A stretch of DNA of 60,946 nucleotides. It comes from Catajapyx aquilonaris (Eukaryota). The position numbers and the translations under genes are program-made. The stretch is taken from assembly GCA_000934665.2 (NCBI GenBank), contig KZ538586.1, positions 1 to 60,946 of the forward strand, read 5' to 3'. The notes under the pieces are model-generated. The model was not told where the DNA came from. It worked only from the letters and a program-made list of their open reading frames with translations, and searched no databases. Below, piece by piece: positions 1 through 13,000 of this stretch; the stretch's first letter is position 1, and each line of letters starts with the position of its first letter.

Positions 1-50
1 GTTTTTGCGCGTCCCCCCCCCCCCCGTTTTTCTGCACTTCCCTGAGATTT

Positions 51-86
51 AGGGGGGGCAGCTGCCCCCCCCTGGCTACGCCCATG
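51..86. mobile_element. Right-end fragment of a GGCGTAGCCAGGGGG-type non-autonomous element, cut by the window start
   Basis: GGGGGGCAGCTGCCCCCC hairpin followed by CCTGGCTACGCCCATG; partner end not in window. Confidence 0.4.
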
Positions 87-296
87 TGACGTTATCACAT
101 TATAAAGATAAGTCCCATTAAACAAAGAGTGAATTATATCATGTCCTGGGCCGTTTAGTCCAGAAGGCGTTGTGGCTGCTTTCAAAACAATCATTTCGCG
201 TTCTGGCTGTTTTGGCCATATCGCGAAATGGTTGGTTTTTTTTCGATCACTGGAGTTTGAGCCTAACATACGTAACACACCGAATGTGTGTGAAAA

Positions 297-480
297 GGGT
301 ACGGTGGTCGTGTGGCTCATGCTACCGGCCAGCCCAGCAGGGGGTCCGGGGTTCAAACCCCGTCCCCGTCACTTGTGCTTGGTCGGGTCTTTTTCCTCTT
401 TTCACCCGACCTGTCCAATCAGGCCTGTAGTCTCTTCTCTGCCAAAGGCCAGGAGAAAAGGCAGGTCCTAAGAGGATCCG
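297..480 (+). mobile_element. tRNA-derived SINE, degenerate
   Basis: A-box-like TGGTCGTGTGG (305-315) and B-box GGTTCAAACCC (350-360) at tRNA spacing, then non-tRNA body; 3' boundary approximate. Confidence 0.6.
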
Positions 481-569
481 AAATGAATCATTACTTACAA
501 AGCCCTCTATTGTGAACACCCCTTCGCCCGTGGATAGTGCGTCTCTATGAAATAAGGGCTTATTATGTA

Positions 570-731
570 CAGTGTTGGTCATAAATCGAGGTATACTGCC
601 AGCGACATTTTCCGAAGCGGCAGAAGAAGGAATCTTGCTCGCCCGGCTTGTAGTATGCTTATCTTCGATTCCTTCTTCTCCCGCTTCGGAAAATGTCGTT
701 AGCAATATGCCTCGATTTATGACCAACATTG
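570..731. mobile_element. 162-bp palindromic Tc1/mariner-type MITE (family M1, copy 1)
   Basis: TA|CAGTGTTGGTCATAAATCGAG ... CTCGATTTATGACCAACATTG|TA; arms pair for ~65 bp; same-length relative at 24353-24514. Confidence 0.9.
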
Positions 732-1712
732 TACATGTACTGAATGAAAGCAAAAATAAAAAGGCCCGTGCAACAGCTAGAGGTCCGCACTTCCTAAAAT
801 AAATTCTACTGTAAATCCCGGTACAAATTATACACACCGAATGTTTTCATTGCTATCGAATCCGATTCAGGTGGGGAAAATATTTTGAAACCAATAATAC
901 TGTACCGTATATTGACTTTGCAGTACGACCTTTTAAAAACGCAAGAAGGATTTAGGGCAAACAATAACAAGAGCCTGTGCCTGGCGTGGGCTGACAAAAG
1001 GGCAGGTAAAATGACTCATCCATGGGAATGAGCATGCAAGCACATGAAGTGAACCTACTGTCTCCTGTTGCATCGGATGAGGCGGCTGCTTTCTTTCTGC
1101 ACTCTTCTGACTACTAAGCTCCTGATTATCGACCGTCATCTTCAGTTTCTAAGGAGTCGCTGCTATGAGTTCGTTATCCAAGCTGACTCCAGATTTCCTT
1201 CCAGTGCGACACCATTCTACCCCCACTTTCATGCACAAACTAGTAATTATTATTGATGTATGCGCTATGACTATGTTTCGGACTGTCAGCTCCCGCCGTT
1301 TGTTGTTGCCAACAGCTGGGTTGCAGCTATACCTCGGTACTTTTCCAGCACGAATGAGGGTGAAATGAAACACGCGATTGCCTCTCCAAATCCATTTGGC
1401 GCGTTGAATTATTTCATCCGAGGGGGTCTACTAGTGAAAAGAAAGGCTATTGTTAGAAATGCATTGATGAATAATTTTTGAAGGGCAATATGAGAGTAAA
1501 TGATCTGAACTGAGGTAGCCTGTGAGGTATCTCCCTACGGTACCTGTCGAGGCATACTAATCAGTAATTTTTGAAATGTGACAGAGTCGATTTTGCATCA
1601 TGGAAATTGCGTTGCAGAACTAGTTCAGTGGTGTGGTGGAGGAACGTGCCATGCCGAGGGTTTTCAAGCTAAACGGAACTTTTTCGATTTATGAAAGGTC
1701 AACTCTATAATA

Positions 1713-2149
1713 CAGGGTGTAACTGAACTCAGTGCACAGACGTATATGACTGCCTTCCTAGGCACCCGAGGATCGATTTAGGTAGAGGAGTCATTATGTC
1801 TGGGCCGCCGCATTACCGAGATAATTGCCCCTAAACATGTAGTAAAAAATATCCTGTCGGTTAGGCCACCCATCGAACTCTCCCCCAGTCACAAGGAGCG
1901 ATTAGGCAAAAACGTTGTGTTGTGGTTTGTAATTTCAATTTGTTCTGAATGTCGCTGCTAATTTTGAAGAGCACTGGCACTTTCACTGCTATTTACAAAT
2001 CCCTCTTTAGCCAAATCGCTAACTATCAGGTGGGTCGATTATCTCGGTAATGCGGCGGCCCAGACATAATGACACTCTACCTAAATCGATCCTCTGGTGC
2101 CTAGGAAGGCAGTCATATACGTCTGTGCACTGAGTTCAGTTACACCCTG
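1713..2149. mobile_element. 437-bp Tc1/mariner-type MITE with ~115-bp TIRs
   Basis: TA|CAGGGTGTAACTGAACTCAGTGCACAGACG ... CGTCTGTGCACTGAGTTCAGTTACACCCTG|TA; near-perfect arms. Confidence 0.92.
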
Positions 2150-3795
2150 TATAGAAGGAAGACTCAAAATATAACCTTGATTCCCAACCTTTACGCAATG
2201 CCTGGCTTACATATTATGCATGAAAAATTAATGAATAACATTTTGACAAACAGTGTGCATATGACATTAAATACCCTTCTCCCGAATCACTGACTCAATA
2301 CAAATCAGTGATTGCCTCATCAGATTTTTTAAAAACCAACTGAAATGCACTACCAACCTCACATACGGTGATAAGGTGAATGTGAGAAAATATATCAGAA
2401 AATTGAAGTGGTGACTGACATTTTTAGAAGTGCAACTGGCAGGGTTGCCAACATGACTGTTAATGAGATTGATATTATTCGTCTAAGGTCCATCAAGCAT
2501 CTTGCCTCTTCTGGCCTCTCGAGGTGCGTTTACATCAGGGGGAAGACGTGGTTGAGATAAAGGCTAACTGCTATCGAGAAGCGAAACCGCATGTATACAC
2601 CACGAACTCTCTTCGGACGAGTTGCCCCGGGCGAGCTCCCTACTTTGCCTCAAAAACGCAGACGAAGTTCGTCGACTTGTTGGCACCCTTGCCACGGTGG
2701 ACATGATAATCTACCGGGAATTTAATAAATCGGCGATTAATAAACGCTCCATATGAAAAACACTCTATACCAGGAATAGTTCACTCCTTGCCTGGCCGTA
2801 AGCAACATGTAAACTGGTTCTCTGAGATAGGCAGGCATACTGAATAGTTACCTGGAACACATATACTTATGGATGGTGACAGACCCAGGCCTCTCCTCCG
2901 TATAGTGTCAGGCATTCTTCCAAAGTGTTTTGAGCGGGAGGAGCGAGAAAGAGCGCACTTATTAGCCCATACATGGAATCACAGACACTAAAAATAGCTA
3001 TTTTGAATATATGCCAACATTTATAGGAGACGAAATTTAACCTTTTCAGCCCCAAGGATCTAGAATCTAGGCGATGAGAAATCGACCACGCAGTATTGCC
3101 ATAGCATTTTAGAGTTAACTTACATGTAGTTACATCGCATATACGCAGTGAGGACTCAAAATGTATCCTTAATGCTTATCCATGTCAATCATACCTCGTC
3201 AACCTCTATAATGCTTGTCCACACGCAATGCCGGCTTGTTTTGGAAATCGTGCATAATTTGTCGACTCGCATTAGGCAGCCCACGGTCCAACCCCATGTC
3301 CATAAATGCTTCCGCCTCTGCATATAATCCTGCGATCGTCATACGTTAGCTGGGGATATTGTCATTTAGAAATTGTTCCAAACTTTTTTATTTGAACAAA
3401 ATTTATTTAAATTATAAGGGTGAATTTTCCGCAGATAATATAAATGTAAAAAAACCTTGAGAGTAAATTTTGTAACTTCAATATATTTTAGATCATTATG
3501 TTATGCACGTAATAATTATTGTTGCCTTACTAATCTTGACTGGAACCACCTCCACAGTATTTTTCGACACCGGACAAATTAACCACTTCACTCCACAATT
3601 TTTAAGATCTTTAATTATTAAGTTGCAATATTAACTGTTTGTCTTAATATTTTTGACTGATCCCAACAGTAAATTAAGCACTGAATATAAGCTCTAGTGT
3701 TACATTACACGGGGTAATCAAAGAATACCAAAGGAAAGGGAATTCAGTGAATGATTGTTGTATAATCACTGGACGTTCTGCTCTATGATGTTAAT

Positions 3796-3834
<39 letters not shown>

Positions 3835-3955
3835 CGACATTTCCCTATGAGGGGTAGTCAGCGATGAAGGGAGACGCAAGCTAACCCAACATATGAACTA
3901 ATAAAACTCATGAGAATAAACCTAAAAACAACCCGTCATACCCCCCACCCCTGCC
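3796..3955 (-). mobile_element. 5'-truncated non-LTR retroposon 3' end with (GTT)n tail
   Basis: (AAC)n at 3796-3834; 10-bp direct repeat TGATGTTAAT at 3786-3795 and 3956-3965. Confidence 0.7.
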
Positions 3956-4003
3956 TGATGTTAATGATACTAAGATATATTTATTGATATAAGGTAGACC
4001 GGG

Positions 4004-4053
4004 GCCCCACTAAGAGGGCTCCTCCCTAAAATGGGGTGCATAAAATAAAAAAA

Positions 4054-4116
<63 letters not shown>

Positions 4117-4117
4117 A
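4004..4117 (+). mobile_element. Very short retroposed 3' end with (TAAA)n tail, inserted at the left TIR of the adjacent MITE
   Basis: 15-bp direct repeat ATAAGGTAGACCGGG at 3989-4003 and 4118-4132 around ~45 bp unique sequence plus a (TAAA)n run. Confidence 0.75.
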
Positions 4118-4121
4118 ATAA

Positions 4122-4832
4122 GGTAGACCGGGCAAGTGGAAACCTGTTAATTTCTCGCTTATAGTATGTTATTTATAAGCCTTCCATTATAGTTAAAAAA
4201 AAACATTGCACTCACAACCAAACTAACTCTTCTTACCCTCCCAAATTTTGAAAATGTTTGGATTTTCTAATTCTGCTTGACCTATAGTGTTGTGAAAACA
4301 TCACATCTGCTGCTAATTTTCACGCTAGCAGGTTCAAAATACAAAGCCAAAAGACCGAAATTCCGAAGCCACAACACCTGCATCCGATCGCGGGTGGTGG
4401 GTCGCCGGTCCCAGCTGGCCGTTCGCGGGTCGCGGATATCAGTGATTTGATAATGATTGATTAAACTTGGTTCATATATTGCTACACAAAATCGATTTCG
4501 AAGCGCGTGAGGTCATATCCTACTTGCTCGCGCCACCCTAGAGCGCGCTACAGTCGCGGCGACCGGGGACCTGCGACCCGCGACCGGCTGCTAGGTGTTG
4601 TGGCTTCGGGTTCTCGCATTTAGCTTGTATTTTGACGTGGAAATTAGCGGCGGAGGTGATGTTTGCACCACAAGTATCGGCGGAAACATGAGCTACTTTT
4701 GCAGTCAGTGGCTGCACCAGAGTCGTATACATTGTTTCCCAACAATTGGCTCTCAGGATATTATTTCCAGTATGATTTTTCACCCGGTGCGGTGTTCCAA
4801 TTACCACAGATTTTCACTTACCCCGGTTTACC
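4122..4832. mobile_element. Old, degenerate palindromic DNA-transposon derivative (superfamily uncertain)
   Basis: Left GGTAGACCGGGCAAGTGGAAACCTGT vs reverse complement of right end GGTAAACCGGGGTAAGTGAAAATCTGT; internal inverted match ~4295-4412 vs ~4565-4675. Confidence 0.7.
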
Positions 4833-4980
4833 TACTTAATTCAGATTTATGTTGTTGCTGCCAATAAATTACTGATTTCCAAAAGTAAGTGCATTTTGGG
4901 CATTAAACGCTTTTAAAATATTCCCCAAAATCAACATGGTTATACACGATGACACAGTGACGTAGCCACCCCCACACCAC

Positions 4981-5085
4981 NNNNNNNNNNNNNNNNNNNN
5001 NNNNNNNNNNNNNNNNNNNNNNNNNNNNNNNNNNNNNNNNNNNNNNNNNNNNNNNNNNNNNNNNNNNNNNNNNNNNNNNNNNNNN
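4981..5085. other. Assembly gap (N run)
   Basis: 105 consecutive N. Confidence 1.
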
Positions 5086-6503
5086 CCCCGAGAAACCTAG
5101 GCTATTATCCAAAAGTCGACGAAAATTACTAATTTATGATTTTTGGAAAAATTGATGCCAATTTTATCATCTACACACCCATTGAAATCTCCCACATTGA
5201 CCTAAGCTCGTGTGACCTTGAACCCCCCAAAATTTACCTATACCCGTTTTGCTACCTCCGGAAAAATTTTGTCACGCGAGAGGGAGTGACCAAGGTGCGA
5301 AAGTATAATTATGCTTGGCTGCGAGAGTGCTCGGCATAGACGTACAAACTGTTGTGCCTTGATCTACAGGGTGTTTGGGCCGTTGGGTGTTTATGACCGT
5401 GTAGTTATGTTAATTTTTGGTCAAAAATTATTTTCACAATTTTTCTCCAGCCATCAGAAATGCGGTAATACTATATGATAGCTTGTAATGATGGGACAGA
5501 TGCTAACATCGGGGGAATAGCTTGCACTATCATGAAGAATTATTGTGACAATCAAAGTCAAGCATTCACCTCAACAAAACATTTACTGTATTCTTATTCT
5601 AATTATAGCAATAATTGCAATGATAATTCAGAAAGCAATTTTATATTTGTTATAACAATAACATTGTTATAACAAAATAATATGAAATTGTTTTCTGAAT
5701 CATGATATCTCAACTACTCCAGGGAATTGTTTCTGGTGCACTTTGGAAATCAATACTCGAAGATCGTAAAGTTACCTAAGAAATTTATTTATGTCATTTA
5801 TTAAATGCGTCAACTATTCGCGGTTCAAGCAAAACTGTTGATCAATATCAGGTTAGGCTCGCAAACAAGCTAACACCTGTTGTTAACAAGTGCGCTTGAG
5901 ACTTGGGATTTGGCGGATTTCCACAATCTCGTACACATTCACACAATCTCTCAGACAATTATTTGTTGATGTCATAAGCAATGTTTACGCACATGTGTAT
6001 AGGCTACTCTAGCATCTCTAACATATGAGCTCAACCTGTAGGTCATGTGGTGAAGACTGCGAGATGTGTGTACATATTATAACAGTGTCTTTCTGGTATT
6101 TACAAATGCCCCGACTACGACAAAATTAATATTATGATACCCGTTTCGATTCTCGTCAATATTTTATACCCGTTCACCGTACATACACGCCCATGCACCT
6201 ACGCACATCCACGCACACCACGAATATCTGTAGATTTGAGTGCTGCCACTTTGAGTCCACTCCGACGTCTGAATCGCCATTGAATTTCCCCGCCAAAACG
6301 AGCTTAATTTGAGACACTACCACCAAAGCCCTGCATGCCATCCACGTGGGTAAGTTTCACAGTTGTTCCCAGCTGTTGGCAACCATGGTCGGCCATTGTA
6401 GGACGACAGCCAAAAAAAGAATTTGGAAATGCCTGACTGGCAGTCTGAAACAACTGAGTCCTGCCGCTCTCTCCAGGACTTTGCTGGCAGTATTGAGAAG
6501 GGC

Positions 6504-6566
6504 CCCCCTTCCCTCCCTCCCTCCCTCCCTCCCTCTCTCCCTCCCTCACTCCCTCCCTCCGCCCCC
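6504..6566. repeat. (CCCT)n low-complexity tract
   Basis: Imperfect CCTC/CCCT tandem run. Confidence 0.8.
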
Positions 6567-7309
6567 TGAATCCTTTCGAACGCCCAATCTGCCCACCCCC
6601 GCCTAAACACGCGCCATCTCTACGTGGGTCCACGATACGCAGCGCTGTTGCCACGTTGCAAATGGCGGTTTTTGGGGGAAGGGATGGTGTGCGAATTGAT
6701 TGCACCACTTCCCCTACTCCCCCGCACACTCCCTCCGCGCAGGTACATTCGACTGCAAGTGCAAGAATGCTCTTCCGTCGCATTTTTAGTTTGTACCCCA
6801 GCCCCCTACAATCCATGCTCTTATCTTTCCACTGATAGTCTGGACCTGATGTCAGCGACTCCTTCTGAGTGGATGGTGTACGAGGGTGCCAGTACGATCC
6901 AGAAATTTCACATACTTATGCGTTGAATGCAAAGGTAAAATTTAAACATCCTGTGAAAAATGACACTTGTGGCACCCCAGATGTTCCCAACGTCTTGAAT
7001 TGGGAGACCTGCGATCGATCCCAGTACGGTCTCTCCCTAGTGCGGTGGTTTAAATTACTGCGGAAAGCGGAGTTGAAGATGCGGAATGAAAACCATTCTG
7101 CCAGAATACATTTTTCCCTTGTCACTTATTAATGAAAAGTGCCTTGCGTGGTCTGTGAGGTTTCAACCCTCATTTATTGTAGTATTTGGAGGAAAACAGT
7201 TCATTTCGGTTCATTTGCTACTTTCATAGCAATTCTGTTCCATAATTCTTTATGGGCCTGTAGATTTTCACATGTGCTGATGTTAAACTATTCAGTAGAG
7301 TAGACCTAT

Positions 7310-7830
7310 GCATTTACAGTTAACTTTGAGAATAATATGGTATCAAAATTATAAGCATAATGAAGATAGGATAATCTCAAGATGATCCTTCGCGGCCATG
7401 TGAAATAAACCCAATCATCCTACATTAATATGGTGCTTCCCTATAACTGCTTCTCATTGTACTGTATAACGTGTATAGACAAGCCAAATTCAGAGTAATG
7501 CATTGCATTGCCAAGAATCAAGCGACTTCCTTAGTAGTCCTTTTATTTTGCTTGGATAGTAGATGCCATCAAAACACTTTACACAACGTTGAGTTATTAG
7601 TTTTAATGGCCTCTATTGATGCACTCGTACATAACTACTGCTCTCACAAATTATGTTTCATAAGAAACTGTCCGCATACATTTTGCCATATTTCTTGCTG
7701 CCTCATCAGTCCTCCTGTAACTAAAAGGTTACTAATTATTATTATAGCCGATCCAGATTTCAAAGTCTGGCACATGCCTGTTTGCATAACATTGTGGAGA
7801 TCAACATAAATTGTAGCATGATAATGAGAT
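7310..7830 (-). pseudogene. Heavily decayed IS630/Tc1-like DDE transposase fossil
   Basis: Minus-strand peptides SRLILGNAMHYSE (~7489-7527) and IILRLSYLHYAYNFD (~7342-7386) resemble SVIVMDNASYHS and VLRLPPYHCxxNPIE in the correct order; many stops and frameshifts. Confidence 0.35.
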
Positions 7831-9498
7831 TCCGAGTAATATCAAAATGGAAATAATTTTATAGCAAGAGAAACATTTGTCATCCTCATCTAATCGACAC
7901 TGTCCTGTTCCCACTGCTACCAAAAGAGTCTATATTAAATCAAGTCGGCAAGATATCAATCGTGCCGGGCCTTTTCACTCACTTTACAGGGTCTGTGAAA
8001 CGTGTCTGGAGCAGTGTCAGCCTATACAACTGTGAGCAGCCAGAGAATAGTATTGACGTCTCAGGTCTTTAACTGTAGTGTCATTTTTTACCATCGTGAC
8101 GTCACAATATTATTTTCTGGCTGCAGCATGAACGGTAATAGTATACTATTGGAAGCATCAGGTACAAAAATGCCTCATAAACGATGACGTGGTGGCGTAA
8201 CTAAGGGCTAGTGACGTTTTATATTACACGTACAGGTCTGTATCGCCAGCACAATGGGCAGTTCGAACCTTTTTTGATCTCGGTTGCGAGACCAAAATAC
8301 TCTGCATAATTGCCGGATGGGAGGAATCATTAAAGCTTGCGGCTGCGATCAAGTTTTGGTGACTTCCCAAGTGAATGATTGAAAATATTCTCGGCCACGG
8401 GTTTATGCGATGACATGTGCATATCAGAAAACACCATACACAGTGGTTCATATACGTGGCCATCAGCAGCCCTCAATTGTCGCCGCAAGCCTTAATAATA
8501 TGTCCAGCAGCCAAAATGGACGTGGAACATTTTTGTCACAAGGGGAACATCCCTACCCTGTATGCATTATTCGAATCAAAACTGACTTCACAGACACCCC
8601 CGCCCCGTCGTCTAACCATCCCGACCAATATTGCCGCTAACGACTAAATTAAAACAAACTCAGTTGGAGATCTTGAACTCAACAAGGAGTATACTATTTC
8701 ATCATCGTTCAAAATATTTTCCGAAATATTGTGCAATGCATTACATGATTGAAACAACATTACACAATGATTTTGTTAAAATGACTTATTGTTACTCATT
8801 ATACAATGAACTATGTGAGCAGTAGACTACTTTAATCACACACCATATGACGCTGAATACTAGTAGGCATAAGCAGTAAATGACACATCACCTACTCTGA
8901 CCTACACTGTTGCCACTTCAGCTACGTACCGGTATTGATTTTCAATAACACCAGACATTTTAAGCGTTAAAAACGATTAAATCACAAGCGATGCAGGGAA
9001 TGGTCGACAACCAATTCGTATAAATTTTATATCACATGCGGTCATTGTCGTCATTTTCAGTTCTTGCGAACGCAAATTACTTGGAATCATTTATAAAACA
9101 TAGAGGAGTCATTTTTCATGAAACAAACACACATCATTGCCTTATTTTATTCATATCAGCATATTGAATAATTGTGGATCGTCTATGTGTAAATCGTCAT
9201 AAGAGACATAAGAAAATAATAAACAGTCTTTCCTGATAGTGATATCAGCCAAACTTCTCGTTCGATTTGCAAAATAAAATAACATAATTATTCGGGTAAA
9301 TGTCTAACAGGTGAATGGGCCAGGGAACATAATTATATTGGAACCTTTTATATTAGTAATTATTAAGGCAAGGCTTAATCTTATTTTGTGCGTATGACGC
9401 TTTGCGCCAACGAAGTTGAAACCTGTCTAGGAATTTACTTTCATGCTGTTTTTCCATGTTACGGCGTTGTTTTGCAGTTCTCAATTTTGTATCCTTGA

Positions 9499-9634
9499 GG
9501 GCCGGTTTCACCGAGCTCAGTATATGATAAAACCTGATAAAACCACGGTTCTTTAGCAAAAACCCTATCTATTTGTATGGATTTTCCTAAAGAAACCTGG
9601 TTTTATCATATACCAAGCTCGGTGAAACCGGCCC
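9499..9634. mobile_element. PIF/Harbinger-like (Tourist-type) MITE
   Basis: TIR GGGCCGGTTTCACCGAGCT / AGCTCGGTGAAACCGGCCC; 3-bp flanks TGA/TTA. Confidence 0.8.
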
Positions 9635-9694
9635 TTAGAAATGAAATGTTCAAATCTGGAAAACGTCATCAAAAATCTGGTGAAACTGGTATGT

Positions 9695-9697
9695 TAT

Positions 9698-9775
<78 letters not shown>

Positions 9776-10052
9776 TATTATTATTATTATAATAGTAGTA
9801 GTAGTGGATACCCCGTGATAGGCCTCCTTATGCCTTTTAGGGAATCATCTTTTCTTTAAACAGTATTTATTTATTTCCTGTCCTGTGTGGATTTTGATTG
9901 CGGGAAGAAACGGGAGAACCCCGAAAACACCCACGCGAACACGGAGAGAACACATCGAAACTCTATCCACGTAAGTATCCTGTCCCATCCGGGGATCGAA
10001 CTCGGGACCTCAGAGGTGGAAGGCTGTGGCGATAACCACTACACCACCGCCC
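9695..10052 (-). mobile_element. tRNA-headed SINE with V-domain-like core and (ATT)n tail
   Basis: Minus strand: A box TGGTGTAGTGG, B box AGTTCGATCCC; core GTTCTCTCCGTGTTCGCGTGGGTGTTTTCGGGGTTCTCCCGTTTCTTCCCGC (9900-9965); microsatellite tail 9695-9805; imperfect TSD TGAAACTGGTATGT (9681-9694) / TGAAACCAGTATAT (10054-10067). Confidence 0.85.
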
Positions 10053-10625
10053 ATGAAACCAGTATATAACAGAACCTGTATACTGAGGAAACTTGTCAAT
10101 GACTGAAATTGTCATTTTGTGTTAAGGGTGGATTTTCTACGTATTTCTGTGCTCCACAATTTAAGAACGTGTTTTGCAAGGAACACTTTCGTGGAAAGGA
10201 TTTACACACGTAATGAGGTGTAGCGTCATAAAAGATCCAATTGAATTACTAACCAGGATTTTTCAGGTAGAATATATCAATCTTATATTATACATAATGT
10301 ACTGTAACAGTAATAAAATATTATTTTCATGTCAAGTATGGTTGGTGTAAAGGAATAGAGGGTGTGTTGTGTCCACGCCTGCGCAGAACGCTGTCCAGAC
10401 CCTGTCGCACCATTTACGCACGTGCAGAGACGATTTGAGATGCTACTGCTTGCAAGTGTAATGATGACATTTATGTTCGCTCATGCGCAGACGGCTATTT
10501 TGTACGCATGGCATACGCAGTGCAACCGATCCCCTTTTAGGTATCTCAAGCAGCTAATACCTCGTACATTTTTCACTTATGACGGTTTGCACAGACTCTC
10601 TACAGTTTACTCCAAGACCTGGGAG

Positions 10626-10868
10626 CAGGGCTTCCCAATTTTTTTCGTTGCCGATCCCAGAAAATAGTTTCGTAAAATTCTCGACCCCAGCTTTCAATTC
10701 AAACCTACTCAGTGGTAGTCAATGACAATCATCGATAATAATGTAACATCTTCTCGTTTAAGGGCGTATTTTTCCAGAGATAATTATAATCATTTTGTAA
10801 AAATAATTTGTCACTCTCCCCCGCGACCCCAAATATTATGTTCGCGACCCATAATTTGGGAAGCACTG
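10626..10868. mobile_element. hAT (Charlie/Buster-like) MITE, degenerate
   Basis: CAGGGCTTCCCAA ... TTGGGAAGCACTG ends and repeated CGACCC subterminal motifs; 8-bp TSD not preserved. Confidence 0.7.
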
Positions 10869-12451
10869 ACCTATATATAGAGTAATAATATATACCATAT
10901 TTCGATAGCCAATGACAACGCGTTTATATAGGTAGTACCTTCATTGGGCCTTTTCTCGAGCACATTTATCCATATTCACTTGCCACTGGAAAACCATTCG
11001 AGTTAATGTGGAGAGGACACAATTTTTCCCCTCGTTTATAGACTACATAAAGAGGATTCCGTACGTCATGGACTCACATTTTAGCCTTAAAGCAATATTT
11101 CCTTCGGTGAACGCTGATCCAAAAAGTTCCCCAGATATCATTTCTGCCGTTCAGGGCGGAAAGAGGCAGACAAAATTTCCTGGATTTTAAACTGCGTTTT
11201 TTCTTTTCCTTTCGGAGCGAAGAAGTGATGGAGTTAAAAGTGCATGGCGTAGTTTTTTCTTCTCTCGCAACATTCTCGCCTGGTAGCAATCATTCTTTTC
11301 TTGCTTTTTGTGTGACCGACATTGTTCTGAAATAGTTTACAACACGCCTCCAGGTCATTTTAACATTTTATTGATTTTCTTAAAATTTGCTTTTCATCAC
11401 TTACGCAATAAAGGGCAATTGAAACTAGACATACAAAAGTTTAGCACATATTTCATTATTGTTAATTGTTTTAGTAACCAATTATTTCATAACCACGAAA
11501 CACTGTCCGTTATGAGTTGACAGGAACTGAGGCAAGTTTCCCGGGCAGAGGTTGTCAGCAACTTCCGGATTTGCTTCAAGTATAGCCTCCTACATATTAA
11601 TTTTACTGGGCAGCACGCGTATTGTACTGTGTGACGGAATATAATTTTTATTATGCTACCATTTTAATTATAACAAATTTCTTGAAGGGCACAACGCCAG
11701 TTTATCAACTGTGGCAGAAGGGAAATGCAGGATACACGCAATGGTAATGCCATCTAAAATCATTGCCGTCGCATACAGTAACTACCTGTGAGGTAGCTAT
11801 GCCTCCCAGTCAAAAATGATGTAGAATTAAATATGTTGGTCTTAGAATAAGTTCAGGAATCGCCATATTTGAAGCAAATGCTAGACTTCCCTCCCTGTAT
11901 CCATATAGGCAGACATACTGTACACTGTATATTTCCCTCTTTGTACTGTTCTATTTTACTATACCGATAGGCTGGAACTATGGTCTAATTATAACTGCAC
12001 CTACAAGAGTGGAAGACAAGTGTTCCATATGAATGGAAGTTTCCTGTTCGGAAGCACTAGTTTTAAACGAGTTAAAGGTGATTTCAAATATTCCGAAAAA
12101 TGAGGAACATCTGAGTTTGGCTTCCGTGACTTTGATTCTTTGAGAGTGGTAATCAAATTAAACATTTAGAATGTGTACCTTAATTGTGTCTGATGAAGCT
12201 ACAGCTTGGCAAGTTCATTATCAGTCAATATACAGTGTATTTATTCCGGACGTGATTCAATTTCAATGGCATCACTTTCATGGCCATCACAATCCATATG
12301 GAACCATTCACAATAATTATCAGGCAGAGGGGTTTTTGTTCTTGCACACAAAAGGGTCTCTTGCAGCCCAGAAATTTTCGAAAAATCAATCCTTCCAGTA
12401 TATAAGCGTAATTTGGAGGCCATTCTTTTGGCAAGCTTCCAGGTCATTATA

Positions 12452-12851
12452 CAGGGCGATTCTCTCGAATGAAAACCCAAACATTCCTCAAAAACTTTTT
12501 TACTATGGTATGGTTCCCGGTGAAAATTGACATGTACTTACCTTGTATCATGCCAAACAAGGTCTGACTAAAGAATATACCAAAAGTGATCCAGGAATTT
12601 TTTAATGCGAGTCTGCATCTTTACCGAAGACTCCTCCCGACTGGCGATGGCGGCGGGCTGGAGATTGAGCCATCCCCGCCGCCAGTCGGGAGGAGTCTTC
12701 GGTAAAGATGCAGACTCGCATTAAAAAATTCCTGGATCACTTTTGGTATATTCTTTAGTCAGACCTTGTTTGGCATGATACAAGGTAAGTACATGTCAAT
12801 TTTCATCGGGAACCGTACCATAGTTAAAAGTTATTGGGGAATGTTTGGGTT
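12452..12851. mobile_element. Palindromic Tc1/mariner-type MITE lacking its right terminus
   Basis: TA|CAGGGCG start; arms ~12474-12646 and ~12680-12851 are near-perfect inverted copies; mirror of the first ~22 bp is absent. Confidence 0.85.
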
Positions 12852-13000
12852 GCGAACAACATTCAGGCCACAACTGAGCAAGGTTCCACACATTGATGAC
12901 TGATACTGTAGAATGGGAATAAGTTGTTCTGCACCTGCTGGGAGACGTATCTACTTTGAAGTTCCACTGTGCTGGATATTGACCCTATCTCTGTAAATTT

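Noticed and set aside
5086..5312. Helitron-like terminus after the assembly gap
   Set aside because: A small GTCAC...GTGAC hairpin is present, but the gap hides the rest and no diagnostic end could be confirmed.
6304..6926. 170-aa and overlapping ORFs as a gene
   Set aside because: Open frames are driven by a GC-rich (CCCT)n tract; no domain or splice structure is supported.
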